Assembly: GCA_045128515.1 (NCBI GenBank)
Contig: JBGVRO010000062.1
Coordinates: 4,776-68,775 of the forward strand
Direction: 5' to 3'
DNA length: 64,000 nucleotides
Source of the DNA: Eubacteriales bacterium
Lineage (GTDB): Bacteria; Bacillota; Clostridia; Oscillospirales; CAG-272
Under the pieces are notes generated by a model that worked only from the letters and a program-made list of their open reading frames with translations, was not told where the DNA came from and made no database searches. Positions within the stretch are counted from its first letter, which is position 1, and each line of letters begins with the position of its first letter. Positions 7,276-16,315 of this stretch are shown here, piece after piece. The position numbers and the translations under genes were made by a program.

Positions 7276-7310
7276 GACGGTCTTCTCTTTGTTTAAGGCG
7301 TTGTAATTTT
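7276..7310 (+). repeat. 35-bp direct repeat, copy 1 (left boundary of AbiH cassette)
   Basis: GACGGTCTTCTCTTTGTTTAAGGCGTTGTAATTTT is 33/35 identical to 10412..10446. It is preceded by the hairpin AAGACCGTCAC...GTGACGGTCTT. Confidence 0.8.
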
Positions 7311-7414
7311 AGCCGACTCACTTGAGTGGTGCTATCATTATGATCACAGATATAACTTGAGAATTTTGTGGCGAATTATCTTTTGCGTGATCTTTTGTTA
7401 ACTTTCGATTTGCG

Positions 7415-8641
7415 TTAATTCCACGGAGCTGTTATGTGAATAATCTCTTCTCCAAAATTTGAATTTAGGTGTAATGAAAAATCTGATAGATCCGTATCTA
7501 GAGAGTAAAATGTTAGTTTTTTGTTTTTCTTCAAATCGTCAAAACCATCTTTACCAAATATTTTTATCAAGTTCTTAATGTAGTCTTTTTTAGCCATTTC
7601 GCTATGATACAGTATGTAAATTTCACTAGCGTGTAAGAACACCTCTTCTAATATATCTTTATCTGTGTCATCTAAAGAATGCCCCATTATTGTTAAATAA
7701 TAGTCCTCGTTCGCTTCGTTTATGTCTCTGATCCACTCTAGATATTTATAATCGGTTCCAAATAAGGTTCTTTGATAATATTTTTTAAACGCTATAAAAG
7801 AAACATTAATGGTTTCAACATTATCGTTCGAGTCGGGGTTGACGCCTATAATGATTCTATCAGTTACCTTTCCGTGTATGTGATAAATTGTGTTTTGAGA
7901 ATACAATTTTTCATATGTATCAGTATAATTAAATGATATCGTATAATCCATATTCTTAACCGCGCTGCATATTGGTGTACTAGACTGATTAACAATGCCA
8001 CTCAAACTAACATCAACAAAGCATTCCAAATATAATTTTAATGCTTTGGCTACTTCATCGAGCATCACCGACATTTTTTCAATTATCTTCGCTTTGTTTA
8101 TCGTTAGATTTTTGGATCCCTGTGGATATTCAATAATGTATTCATCAATTATTTTATGTGTTGTAGTCCCAAATATGCTATCAATTTTAGTTTCCATAAA
8201 AAAACCAAAATGTTTTATCAAATAATATGCCGCTGTGTCTACTCTTGATAAGTTGGGGTTAACAGAAGCAATTGAAAGGAACTTAAAAAACACCTCTATT
8301 ACATAAGTGATTTCTCGTTCAAAATCTATCCACCCAAGATCTTTATTAAACGATTTTGTAAAGTAAGAAAACCATAAGTTTTTAGAGCATATACGAATAA
8401 TTTCATTTATCTTTTCTGCATTCAGCGGCATGCTATCATAAATTTCTTTGTGCCGTTCATAACACTTTGCTATATATGGATCGTCCTCCTGTAGCAATTC
8501 ATCTGAAAAAACAGATCCTATCGTTTTATATTCCTCGCTATAGTATTCAACAAGATAGTTAACCACGTTTAAAAAATTATGATATTTTGTAGGAAGGTAA
8601 TGATATATATCAAATCCGTTTCCAAGCAATAAAACATTCAT
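7415..8641 (-). CDS. AbiH-family abortive-infection protein
   Basis: The N-terminus MNVLLLGNGFDIYHYLPTKYHNFL matches the AbiH hallmark (IGNGFDLAHGLPT.Y.DF), and IMGHSLDDTDKDILEEVF matches the C-terminal AbiH motif. Start moved to the ATG at 8641 (RBS GAGGTG). Confidence 0.75.
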   Translation of the reverse strand: MNVLLLGNGFDIYHYLPTKYHNFLNVVNYLVEYYSEEYKTIGSVFSDELLQEDDPYIAKCYERHKEIYDSMPLNAEKINEIIRICSKNLWFSYFTKSFNKDLGWIDFEREITYVIEVFFKFLSIASVNPNLSRVDTAAYYLIKHFGFFMETKIDSIFGTTTHKIIDEYIIEYPQGSKNLTINKAKIIEKMSVMLDEVAKALKLYLECFVDVSLSGIVNQSSTPICSAVKNMDYTISFNYTDTYEKLYSQNTIYHIHGKVTDRIIIGVNPDSNDNVETINVSFIAFKKYYQRTLFGTDYKYLEWIRDINEANEDYYLTIMGHSLDDTDKDILEEVFLHASEIYILYHSEMAKKDYIKNLIKIFGKDGFDDLKKNKKLTFYSLDTDLSDFSLHLNSNFGEEIIHITAPWN

Positions 8642-8824
8642 TTTTACACCTCTGTATGATAAAATTAGACAAATTAAACTTAACACTAACATTATATCAC
8701 GCAAATCTACACGTTTCAATATAGCCATGATTTTTTATTGAAAATGTGTTTTTTTAGTGATGAAAATCCCGTTACGGTTATTTCCGTGATGGGATTTTCA
8801 TTTATGATTTTAGCTGCACGCCTT

Positions 8825-10315
8825 TTATAAACACAGTGATACAATCCTCTCAAATTGAGACTCATATATACCCGACTCAATTAGGTAAGTGTTCTCGTTT
8901 ATGCCATGCCGAGCAAAAATCTGTTGCAAATCCCGCCCCTCACCCGAAAATGTTTTTTCGCAATTGTATTTTTCTTCAAATATTTTTTCCGCTAACGACG
9001 GATTGTCCTTGTAGGTTTGTAATAGGATTTCAAATTCATTTATATTAACTAACCAGAAACTTCCAACATTGTTATATTCCGGATGTCTCTTAAACCACTC
9101 GTTAAGAGTTTCGCTTTTGAAATACTCTTCGTATACTAGAATTATTTTTATTGTATCACTAAGATTATACGCTTTTTCGGTACTTATCAATTGATCTACA
9201 GCTTCCTTCCAAGTGCTTTCCATATGTTTTAGCATAGCATCTGTATTTGGGTGTGTTTGTTTTATCGAAAGCATAGCCAGACCAGATTTTTGTTCAATAA
9301 AAATAGTCTTGTTAGCAATTTTTAGTAGCCAATCTGCTCGTTTCCCATTGTTTTCCTCTATACGTGAATACAAAGAAGAATCTATACATTTTTGTAACAC
9401 CTCTTTTACATACATCTCGAAAAAAGTTCCGAATGCATTTATGAAGTGTTGCGATTTATACTGCATATAATGATTTCGCATAACCCAATATTCTGAGTTG
9501 GCAAATAAAAACATCAGTAAAATAGGATTTATAGCTACGTATGTTTTCTCATTCAATTTTACAATAGGTTTTGAGTAGAAAACTTGTCGTTTCAAAGGAC
9601 TGTTTCTGGCTTCATTTAAAATAACTGAATATTTTTGTATTATCTTTTTAAAATTGGCAGAATTAATTATTTCATTTGAGCTGTCTATAATAGGATCTTT
9701 AGGCAACGAATCCGTGTCGATAATAAAGCTTAATTGAGTAAAATAAGCAAAAACGGAAAACAACAAACATGCATGCTGATCTGTTGTAAATCCGGTTATT
9801 TCTAAAAATTCTTTCGGTACATTAATGTCATAAATGTTTTCTGGGTCTTCCCTTACCGAAAGTATATCTAGTATGTATTTTTCTCTGGAAAATTCTTCGT
9901 TTGCGTGTGCTGCTCTTTGAAAACGGATTTGTTCCCCTAACATACCATAAACATTTAGCATCGGACTAACCTTATTGCCAGATAATCTCTTGGCACTTTT
10001 GTCATTAGCATAATCATTATGAAGCGCGATTAGATGCAAGGTTTCGTTTTTTGTTATATTTTTGTGACCGTCTAAATTGTTTACAATCAAATCATATGCT
10101 AAATCTAAAAGCCAAGGCTGTACGATAGTAACTTTTCCAAAATGCATTCCGTTATCATTGGGTATCTTATATTTCCTGGATGAAGCAAAGTGACCAAACT
10201 GAGGATCCTCGTGTTGAAAAAGCTCATTAGACCAATATGCTATAGATGCTAGCATTGACTTTAGGGAATAATTTGCAGCATAGAGTAAAAATTTATGTGG
10301 TAATATCACTTTCAT
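8825..10315 (-). CDS. hypothetical protein with predicted PD-(D/E)xK nuclease motif
   Basis: The C-terminal half has FEMYVKE ... RADWLLKIANKTIFIEQKSG, an E...D-x13-ExK pattern. Start moved to the ATG at 10315 (RBS AAGGA), because the longer track ORF would overlap the integrase gene. Confidence 0.45.
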   Translation of the reverse strand: MKVILPHKFLLYAANYSLKSMLASIAYWSNELFQHEDPQFGHFASSRKYKIPNDNGMHFGKVTIVQPWLLDLAYDLIVNNLDGHKNITKNETLHLIALHNDYANDKSAKRLSGNKVSPMLNVYGMLGEQIRFQRAAHANEEFSREKYILDILSVREDPENIYDINVPKEFLEITGFTTDQHACLLFSVFAYFTQLSFIIDTDSLPKDPIIDSSNEIINSANFKKIIQKYSVILNEARNSPLKRQVFYSKPIVKLNEKTYVAINPILLMFLFANSEYWVMRNHYMQYKSQHFINAFGTFFEMYVKEVLQKCIDSSLYSRIEENNGKRADWLLKIANKTIFIEQKSGLAMLSIKQTHPNTDAMLKHMESTWKEAVDQLISTEKAYNLSDTIKIILVYEEYFKSETLNEWFKRHPEYNNVGSFWLVNINEFEILLQTYKDNPSLAEKIFEEKYNCEKTFSGEGRDLQQIFARHGINENTYLIESGIYESQFERIVSLCL

Positions 10316-10411
10316 ATTGTCAATCCTTGTAATCTTCTTTTCATTATTATAGCATATTTTAAATGCATTTTCAATTGTTTTATATATCGTGACCGCCGCG
10401 ATAATTTCCGC

Positions 10412-10446
10412 GACGGTCTTTTCTTTGTTTAAGGCGGTGTAATTTT
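10412..10446 (+). repeat. 35-bp direct repeat, copy 2 (right boundary of AbiH cassette, abuts integrase stop codon)
   Basis: GACGGTCTTTTCTTTGTTTAAGGCGGTGTAATTTT, preceded by the hairpin GACCGCCGCG...CGCGACGGTC. Confidence 0.8.
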
Positions 10447-11867
10447 TAACCGTTTTTCTTGAGTTCGGCAATCTCGATTTTCATCTCTTTTATTAGCTCT
10501 ACAAGCTTCGCCTCGCACTCTTCTTCGGTATGAGCATACACGTTTCTTGGCATTCTTTTGCCGTTTACAGTTGGTGTGTATCGCCCTTCCCATAGGTGAT
10601 CGTTTATCTTCGTTATGCAACCGGTGCCGGGCTTTCGGTATTTGCTCTTTACGGGCTCAAATTTCTGTTTTGGTGCGGTTTTATCACCATCCGTGTTAAG
10701 TTCTCCGATTGTTTTCTCTTTTGTCGACACACCGCGAATTCCTCGGTCAATACTCCTTGCTGCTTCCTTTTGCATCTTGTCGGTGCTATGCAGGTAAATG
10801 TCGAGAGTCGTTGACGATGACACGTGACCGATTATTGAGGAGAGTGTTTTTATATCCATTCCGTTCGCAAGTGCGGTTGTTGCAAAGGTGTGCCTTAGGT
10901 CATGGAATCTTATTCGTTTACAGTCGGCTCTTTCAAGCACCTTGCGTATCTTCTTTTGCAGGGTGTTCGGGTTTCTCGGTACGTCATCAACCTTTGGCGA
11001 TGGGAACATCCAGCGAGAGTGAGTTTCCTCTTTCAATTTCTTCAAGACTTCGAGAACTGCTTCGGGAAGCTTTATCGTTCTTATCGAGCTTTTTGTTTTC
11101 GGCTCGTTTGTCTGCATCTTACCGTTTAAGTAGTAGGCTTGTCTTCTTATTTCAAGCATACCCGTGTTAAAGTCTAGGTCTTGCCACTGGAGACCCATTA
11201 TCTCACCTCTACGCATACCAGTGGTGAGTGCAAGAAGGCAGATTTCAAAGTATCCGTCATACTTTGCTTGTATAAGGAATCTCTGCATTTCTTCCTCGGT
11301 CAGTGTGTTCATCTCCTTGGCTTTCTTCGGAGGTATCTTGCAACCGACTGCAACATTTGTATGTACGAGTCCGTCTTCAAGTGCCTTTTCAAGTGCTGAT
11401 CTGCAATGTGCGTGACATGCTCTTACCATTCTGTCAGACATTCCCTCACCGAGCGTGTCTTTGTATTGCAGTCTTCCGTTCTTTTTCATTCTTGCATAGA
11501 ACTGCTCAAGGTCGTTTGCGTTGAGTCTTTCGAGGACTATCTTGCCTATTTCGGGGATTATGTGCTTATAGATCACGTTCTCGTAAGCTGCTTGAGTTGA
11601 TGGGCGGAGCGAGAGCTTTTTATAATTCTGATACCAAAAGTCTATCCACTCCCCGAAGAGCATATTCGATGTAACCTTATCTCGTCTTACTATTCCTATC
11701 TCGCTTTTGAGCTTTTCAAGCTTCGCTTCGCACTCCATCTTCGTTTTTGCGAGTACGTTCTTGGTCTTGGGAAGTCCTTTTTCATCGTAGCCTACAAGTA
11801 CTCGTCCTTCCCATCTGCCGTCACTTCTTTTGCGGACTGTTCCGCTTCCTCTGTCTCTTCTTCCCAT
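10446..11867 (-). CDS. tyrosine recombinase/integrase (N-terminal and extra C-terminal arm-binding-like domains)
   Basis: N-terminus GSGTVRKRSDGRWEGRV. Catalytic region RFHDLRHTFAT ... GHVSSSTTLDIYLH. The C-terminal 80 aa repeat the N-terminal pattern (ITKINDHLWEGRYTP...EEECEAKLVELIKEMK). RBS AGGAGG. Confidence 0.85.
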   Translation of the reverse strand: MGRRDRGSGTVRKRSDGRWEGRVLVGYDEKGLPKTKNVLAKTKMECEAKLEKLKSEIGIVRRDKVTSNMLFGEWIDFWYQNYKKLSLRPSTQAAYENVIYKHIIPEIGKIVLERLNANDLEQFYARMKKNGRLQYKDTLGEGMSDRMVRACHAHCRSALEKALEDGLVHTNVAVGCKIPPKKAKEMNTLTEEEMQRFLIQAKYDGYFEICLLALTTGMRRGEIMGLQWQDLDFNTGMLEIRRQAYYLNGKMQTNEPKTKSSIRTIKLPEAVLEVLKKLKEETHSRWMFPSPKVDDVPRNPNTLQKKIRKVLERADCKRIRFHDLRHTFATTALANGMDIKTLSSIIGHVSSSTTLDIYLHSTDKMQKEAARSIDRGIRGVSTKEKTIGELNTDGDKTAPKQKFEPVKSKYRKPGTGCITKINDHLWEGRYTPTVNGKRMPRNVYAHTEEECEAKLVELIKEMKIEIAELKKNG

Positions 11868-11868
11868 A

Positions 11869-13038
11869 CTAACCTCCTATGATATCACCGAATAAGCTCT
11901 CGGTGAAGTTACCCACTATGTTGGATGCTCTCTCTTGCATATCACTCGTTACGTGGGTGTATGTATCCAAGGTAAAGCTTGCGTTGGTATGCCCGAGGAT
12001 TTTCGAAAGTGTCTTGGCATCCACTCCACTCGTCAGTGCGTGGGTTGCGAAGGTGTGTCTTAGGTCGTGGAATCTTATGCTCGGCAGACCTGCCGATTTG
12101 AGAATCTTTTTCAGCTTATGGTAAGCGCTGTTTGGCAGCATTGGATCTTCGGGTCTATACGGATTCGGGAATATCCACTCGGTGAGAGATTGCTTTTTTC
12201 TATCCTTTAATATATTAACAGTGCTTTCGGGGAGATATATTATTCTCTTTCCGGTTTCGGTTTTAGTTTCACCGATTTCTACTCCTCCGCCACTCTTTGC
12301 GCTCGCACTTCTCTGTATCGTAAGCGTTCCGTTTTTCTCATGGAAGTCCGACCATTTGAGCCCGCATATTTCACCTCTGCGAAGACCTGTAGTTAACTCC
12401 GTATAGAAGAAGTCTCGCCATATTTCGTCCTTGTCCACCTCTACAAGAAATCTATCGAGCTCTTCCTTGTTAAGCACTTTGAGATCACCTCGACTCTTCT
12501 TCGGTATCGTAGTACCTTTCGTAGGATTCCTCGATATGAGCCTTTGCTTTACTGCAGTATCCAAAGCCTGATGCAGAATCATATGTACCGCTCTTACTAC
12601 CGAGTCGGATAGCAACGCGCCATATTTATCTACACCGCTTATTCTTCCATTCTCTTTAACATCTACATACATTTTCTGCACGTCGTTTGTTGTGATGAAT
12701 GAAATCTTTTTATCCCCAAGGCGAGGATTTATATAACACTCCACGGCTCTTCTGTATTTTTCAAGTGTCCTCGGGCGGAGCTCATTTTCCTTGTACTCGA
12801 TGAGCCACCTTTCAAGCCACTCGGCAAGTGTCATTGAGCTATCTTCTGATAACTCTACGCCCCTATATTCAAGTATTTTTGCGTGAAGCTTTTTCGTTAA
12901 CTCTTTTTGCGTTTGAGCAAGAACATATCTGAATATTGGTTTGCCATCGTCCTTGTGTCCGACTACTATTCTACCTTCCCATCGACCGTCATTTCGTTTT
13001 CTGACTAGTCCGTCTCCGTCAGGTCTTTTGTTTCCCAT
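11869..13038 (-). CDS. tyrosine recombinase/integrase (paralogue)
   Basis: N-terminus GDGLVRKRNDGRWEGRI. Catalytic region RFHDLRHTFATHAL ... GHTNASFTLDTYTH. Its stop TAG lies 1 nt before the next integrase ATG. Start set at 13038 (RBS AAAGGAG). Confidence 0.85.
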   Translation of the reverse strand: MGNKRPDGDGLVRKRNDGRWEGRIVVGHKDDGKPIFRYVLAQTQKELTKKLHAKILEYRGVELSEDSSMTLAEWLERWLIEYKENELRPRTLEKYRRAVECYINPRLGDKKISFITTNDVQKMYVDVKENGRISGVDKYGALLSDSVVRAVHMILHQALDTAVKQRLISRNPTKGTTIPKKSRGDLKVLNKEELDRFLVEVDKDEIWRDFFYTELTTGLRRGEICGLKWSDFHEKNGTLTIQRSASAKSGGGVEIGETKTETGKRIIYLPESTVNILKDRKKQSLTEWIFPNPYRPEDPMLPNSAYHKLKKILKSAGLPSIRFHDLRHTFATHALTSGVDAKTLSKILGHTNASFTLDTYTHVTSDMQERASNIVGNFTESLFGDIIGG

Positions 13039-13151
13039 AGATTTCTCCTTTCTGTTTTTTTGTAACACAACAATATCACAGGTTCAACCAAATATCCAGA
13101 CATTTTTCAATGTTTTTGAAAAGAATTGTTTGCATTTTGAAAAAATCAAAG

Positions 13152-13565
13152 CTACCACCTGATAGCATCTTCGTAAGAAATCGTACCGTTTATTTTCTTG
13201 ACTTCCGTTATGCAATCATTACGCAACTTGTTTAATGCGACGTCGCTGATTCCATGTCGTATTGCAAGTAAATTTTTTATCATACTTATTTCAACAGCAA
13301 TTCTGAAGAGCGAACCGTTGTGCCTGTTTTCGCTATCATGCATTATACTTTTCAAGGTGGATAATACAACTTGCGGAACGTAATCCTGGTTCATATTTGT
13401 ATTGCTAACGTACCCACCGTAAAACTGAATTGCCCTGCAAATGAACTCGCTGACACTTCTGCAATTGTCCTTCTCATACAAGTCCTTGGCGATGTCCAAG
13501 ACCGAATCCTGAATGTAAAGTGCGAATTTGTGCTTGCTATCTTGTTCTTTCATGTTTTCTTTCAT
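13152..13565 (-). CDS. hypothetical protein, possible ribbon-helix-helix DNA-binding N-terminus
   Basis: KFALYIQDSVLDIAKDLYEKDNCRSVSEFICRAIQFY has a strand-helix-helix pattern. Start set at 13565 (RBS AAAGGAAAG). Confidence 0.35.
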   Translation of the reverse strand: MKENMKEQDSKHKFALYIQDSVLDIAKDLYEKDNCRSVSEFICRAIQFYGGYVSNTNMNQDYVPQVVLSTLKSIMHDSENRHNGSLFRIAVEISMIKNLLAIRHGISDVALNKLRNDCITEVKKINGTISYEDAIRW

Positions 13566-13822
13566 AATGCTTTCCTTTCTTTTGTGACCCATAAAATAAT
13601 CTATGGGAATTTGCTTTGAAATCTGCGAAAAAGCGGTCGATGACCCTTTATTCTGCGTCAAAGGCGTTTTACCGACGTACACTTTTATAAAGAGGCAAAA
13701 GTGCCAAAAACCCTTACGCTGTCGGCACTGCCGTCAGCTGTGATATGGGTGAAAGTCGGTTACCGACGTACACCCTTTCTCCTGCTTAAAAATCGACCGA
13801 ACTTTTAAGGCTGGTTTTTGCC

Positions 13823-14185
13823 TTAGTTTGACCCCCAAAGTTTGCTCTTCCACTCGTCTTTGGGAATGAATTTAGGTTCGTTTTTTGTCTCACTTATTGT
13901 TGCGCTCGACTCCCGCTTTTCACCTCGAAGCTTGTTCATTTGCTCCCTGGCTTTTGCTCGCTTTTCGTCCGACGGTGGCTTCATACACCTGAATGTGAAG
14001 TTGTCCTTGTTGACCTCGAACTCCATATATCCGTCCTCGTCGCTTGTTACGAGTCTGCAAAGCTCCGGGCATTCTTCTGCGAACTCGGCAAGTCTGTTCT
14101 TTAACTTGGTATTATAGGTGCATACGGTAGTGTTTGCATCTGCTTCATTGAAGAAAATACTCGTTGTTTTATCCCTCTTTTTCAT
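13823..14185 (-). CDS. hypothetical protein
   Basis: ORF with RBS AAAGGA before the ATG at 14185. Lys/Glu-rich C-terminus; no recognisable motif. Confidence 0.4.
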   Translation of the reverse strand: MKKRDKTTSIFFNEADANTTVCTYNTKLKNRLAEFAEECPELCRLVTSDEDGYMEFEVNKDNFTFRCMKPPSDEKRAKAREQMNKLRGEKRESSATISETKNEPKFIPKDEWKSKLWGSN

Positions 14186-14537
14186 ATTTCGTCCTTTCTG
14201 CAAAAGTGCTTGATTTTTCGCTCAAAAAGCCTTGGTCTAGAGCGTAAGAATATGTCGAATTTTCAAATGAAACCCGCCTTTTCGTATATGTGTGCGAATA
14301 CCGTTGCAAATATGGTAAACTCTGAAATTGCCTTGGTCTAGACCTAGTTTCTGAAAACTCGTTTTTTAGGCGACTTTTTTAGGTTTTTTTGTCTTAGGCG
14401 GTATATTTTTTGCTCTATAAACGCGAAAAAGGTCGATACAATCAGCATTTAACATAGCACATTACTATGTCGTTTTGCTTTTTGTATCGACCCTTTTGTT
14501 TCCCGAATTCACTGCCGGGAGGATGATATTATTTTCA

Positions 14538-14753
14538 TTATGCCGTTACAAGCGGAGCTGTATTATGTAACGGTTTGATGGTTAATCCAACAACTTTTCT
14601 GCATTTTGGGCATTGAATATAGTAATCTGCTCCGTCCGTTACCGTTAACTCAAGCGAGTTTTTCAGCGTAGGTGTTCTTGAATCTACGACTCGTGAGTCG
14701 CAATAAGGGCAACGAGATTTGGGCATATTTCTTCTGCCGTCATCGTTTTTCAC
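14538..14753 (-). CDS. small zinc-ribbon protein
   Basis: CPYC ... CPKC four-Cys pattern. GTG start with RBS GGGGGTG, immediately after the LexA-like gene stop. Confidence 0.5.
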   Translation of the reverse strand: MKNDDGRRNMPKSRCPYCDSRVVDSRTPTLKNSLELTVTDGADYYIQCPKCRKVVGLTIKPLHNTAPLVTA

Positions 14754-14766
14754 GATTACACCCCCA

Positions 14767-15378
14767 TTACAATTTCTTATAAATACCTATGGCAACTCCC
14801 TGGATACGAAGCTTTGCTCTGTCCTCTCCCTTGATTACGATAGGCTGCATCGAATCATTTTCCGGGCAAAGATATATAGCATCTTCGGACTGCTTATACC
14901 TTTTGAGCGTTGTTTGCTGATTATCATAGAGGAAAGCAACGATATTTCCTTGCTTAGCCGTCTCTTGCTTGCGTATAAGAACGAGGTCACCGTCATCAAT
15001 TCCGGCTTTGATCATCGACTCACCGCGTGCGCGAAGCATAAAGAATTCGCCCTCTCCGGTGATTGATTTTGGCAAACGAAGGTGTTCTATCTCCTCGTCT
15101 ATCACGTCATCAAGCGCACCGCAAGGAATGCTATTACCCATCTGTACGCGACTTGTATCCATTATTTCACGCATAAATGAGGTAACAATACTTCTATGAC
15201 CGTCGTATTCAATTTCACCACGTTCACGTAAAACCTGCAGATATCTCTGCACAGTAACGTGAGAGAGTCCTATCTCGCCCTCGATTTCCCTGGTAGACGG
15301 GGAGCGACCATTCTTCTCAAAGTAACGGTTTACGAACTCAATTATCTCACCGAACACAGCTTCGTTCTTGATTCTCAT
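14767..15378 (-). CDS. LexA/phage-repressor-like protein (wHTH + S24 peptidase domain)
   Basis: N-terminus SPSTREIEGEIGLSHVTVQRYLQVL (LexA-type wHTH). C-terminus RARGESMIKAGIDDGDLVLIRKQ...TLKRY (S24 Ser/Lys dyad region). ATG at 15378 with RBS GGAGGTG. Confidence 0.8.
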   Translation of the reverse strand: MRIKNEAVFGEIIEFVNRYFEKNGRSPSTREIEGEIGLSHVTVQRYLQVLRERGEIEYDGHRSIVTSFMREIMDTSRVQMGNSIPCGALDDVIDEEIEHLRLPKSITGEGEFFMLRARGESMIKAGIDDGDLVLIRKQETAKQGNIVAFLYDNQQTTLKRYKQSEDAIYLCPENDSMQPIVIKGEDRAKLRIQGVAIGIYKKL

Positions 15379-15398
15379 ATGCACCTCCAAGATATGAT

Positions 15399-15446
15399 TA
15401 CCATTTGGTACATTTAGATTATATCATATAAAAATCAAGTTGTCAA
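15399..15446 (-). promoter_or_regulatory. sigma-A-type promoter with downstream palindromic operator for the LexA-like gene
   Basis: On the minus strand: TTGACA (15441..15446), 17 nt, TATAAT (15418..15423). The perfect palindrome TACCA-NN-TGGTA (15399..15410) lies between the -10 and the RBS. Confidence 0.6.
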
Positions 15447-15499
15447 GAGGGAGATGTAGATTCACAAGAATATTTAACTTCTATTTCTACATTCATGAT

Positions 15500-16252
15500 T
15501 TAATATAAAAAATCAGACCTGTTTACAATGCCAGATCTGATTTTATAGTTGTTAAATATATATGATATAATACCTGAAACCTTTAAAAAATTTTCGCATA
15601 TGAGAAATTCCAAGTAGAAGGATGCGTTCCGTAAGTATGGATAACTTAAAGCGGACCTCAACTGCCTATCTAGAATCATTTGTAAATTGGAATAACCTTT
15701 TGTACACAAATTTAGGATCAATGCTGGCCTTAGTGCTTTAAGTCGATCAACAATATCAGCATATCCTCCGTGATTATTAAATATATTCAACCAGTTAACA
15801 TCACGATTTAGTTTGTTATTGCTATTATTCAACGGTAATCCCAAACTACATTGAAATTGTACAGCATTTACAAGTATTACATCATAAACCGCACTTAAAT
15901 AATGGTGATTCAGGACCGATTGCGAAAACATATTTTGAAATTTACTGTCAAACAATCTACCTGTTGTACCTCTCGCTGGACCTAATGGTCGTCCTGCATT
16001 ATATTCGTCTTTGTGAGGACTTTCAAGAACAACTGCAATCACCGGATGTACTATTGGAATATTACCAGCATATGTTGTTTGACCAAGTGAAGAGTTATAA
16101 TCAATATCCAGTCGATTCAATGGCGCAGCTGGTTTAAAAATTCCTTTATCATATTCCCCTCTATGCTGGTCAGGGCATGGATTAGGATTTATTCCCGACA
16201 TAGCTCTAGGTATGCTAACCATACTGGTAGCAGACAAAAAATTAACTGCCAT
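15500..16252 (-). CDS. uracil-DNA-glycosylase-superfamily-like protein (divergent)
   Basis: VLESPHKDEYNAGRPLGPARGTTGRLF is collinear with the family-4 UDG motif GEAPG..ED..G.PFVG.AG.LL. ILVNAVQF ... NRDV ... RPALILNLCTKG is collinear with the NvvkcRP...NR.P...P.vivaLG blocks. Confidence 0.4.
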   Translation of the reverse strand: MAVNFLSATSMVSIPRAMSGINPNPCPDQHRGEYDKGIFKPAAPLNRLDIDYNSSLGQTTYAGNIPIVHPVIAVVLESPHKDEYNAGRPLGPARGTTGRLFDSKFQNMFSQSVLNHHYLSAVYDVILVNAVQFQCSLGLPLNNSNNKLNRDVNWLNIFNNHGGYADIVDRLKALRPALILNLCTKGYSNLQMILDRQLRSALSYPYLRNASFYLEFLICENFLKVSGIISYIFNNYKIRSGIVNRSDFLY

Positions 16253-16315
16253 ACGATACCTTTCCTACATAAATTTAATATTTTATGGTTCTAGTTGCTT
16301 ATACATCATTCTTTA

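Noticed and set aside
10316-10471. 52-codon N-terminal extension of the nuclease-like ORF (track ORF 8825..10471)
   Set aside because: It would overlap the integrase 3' end and run through the 35-bp repeat and its hairpin. The ATG at 10315 has an RBS.
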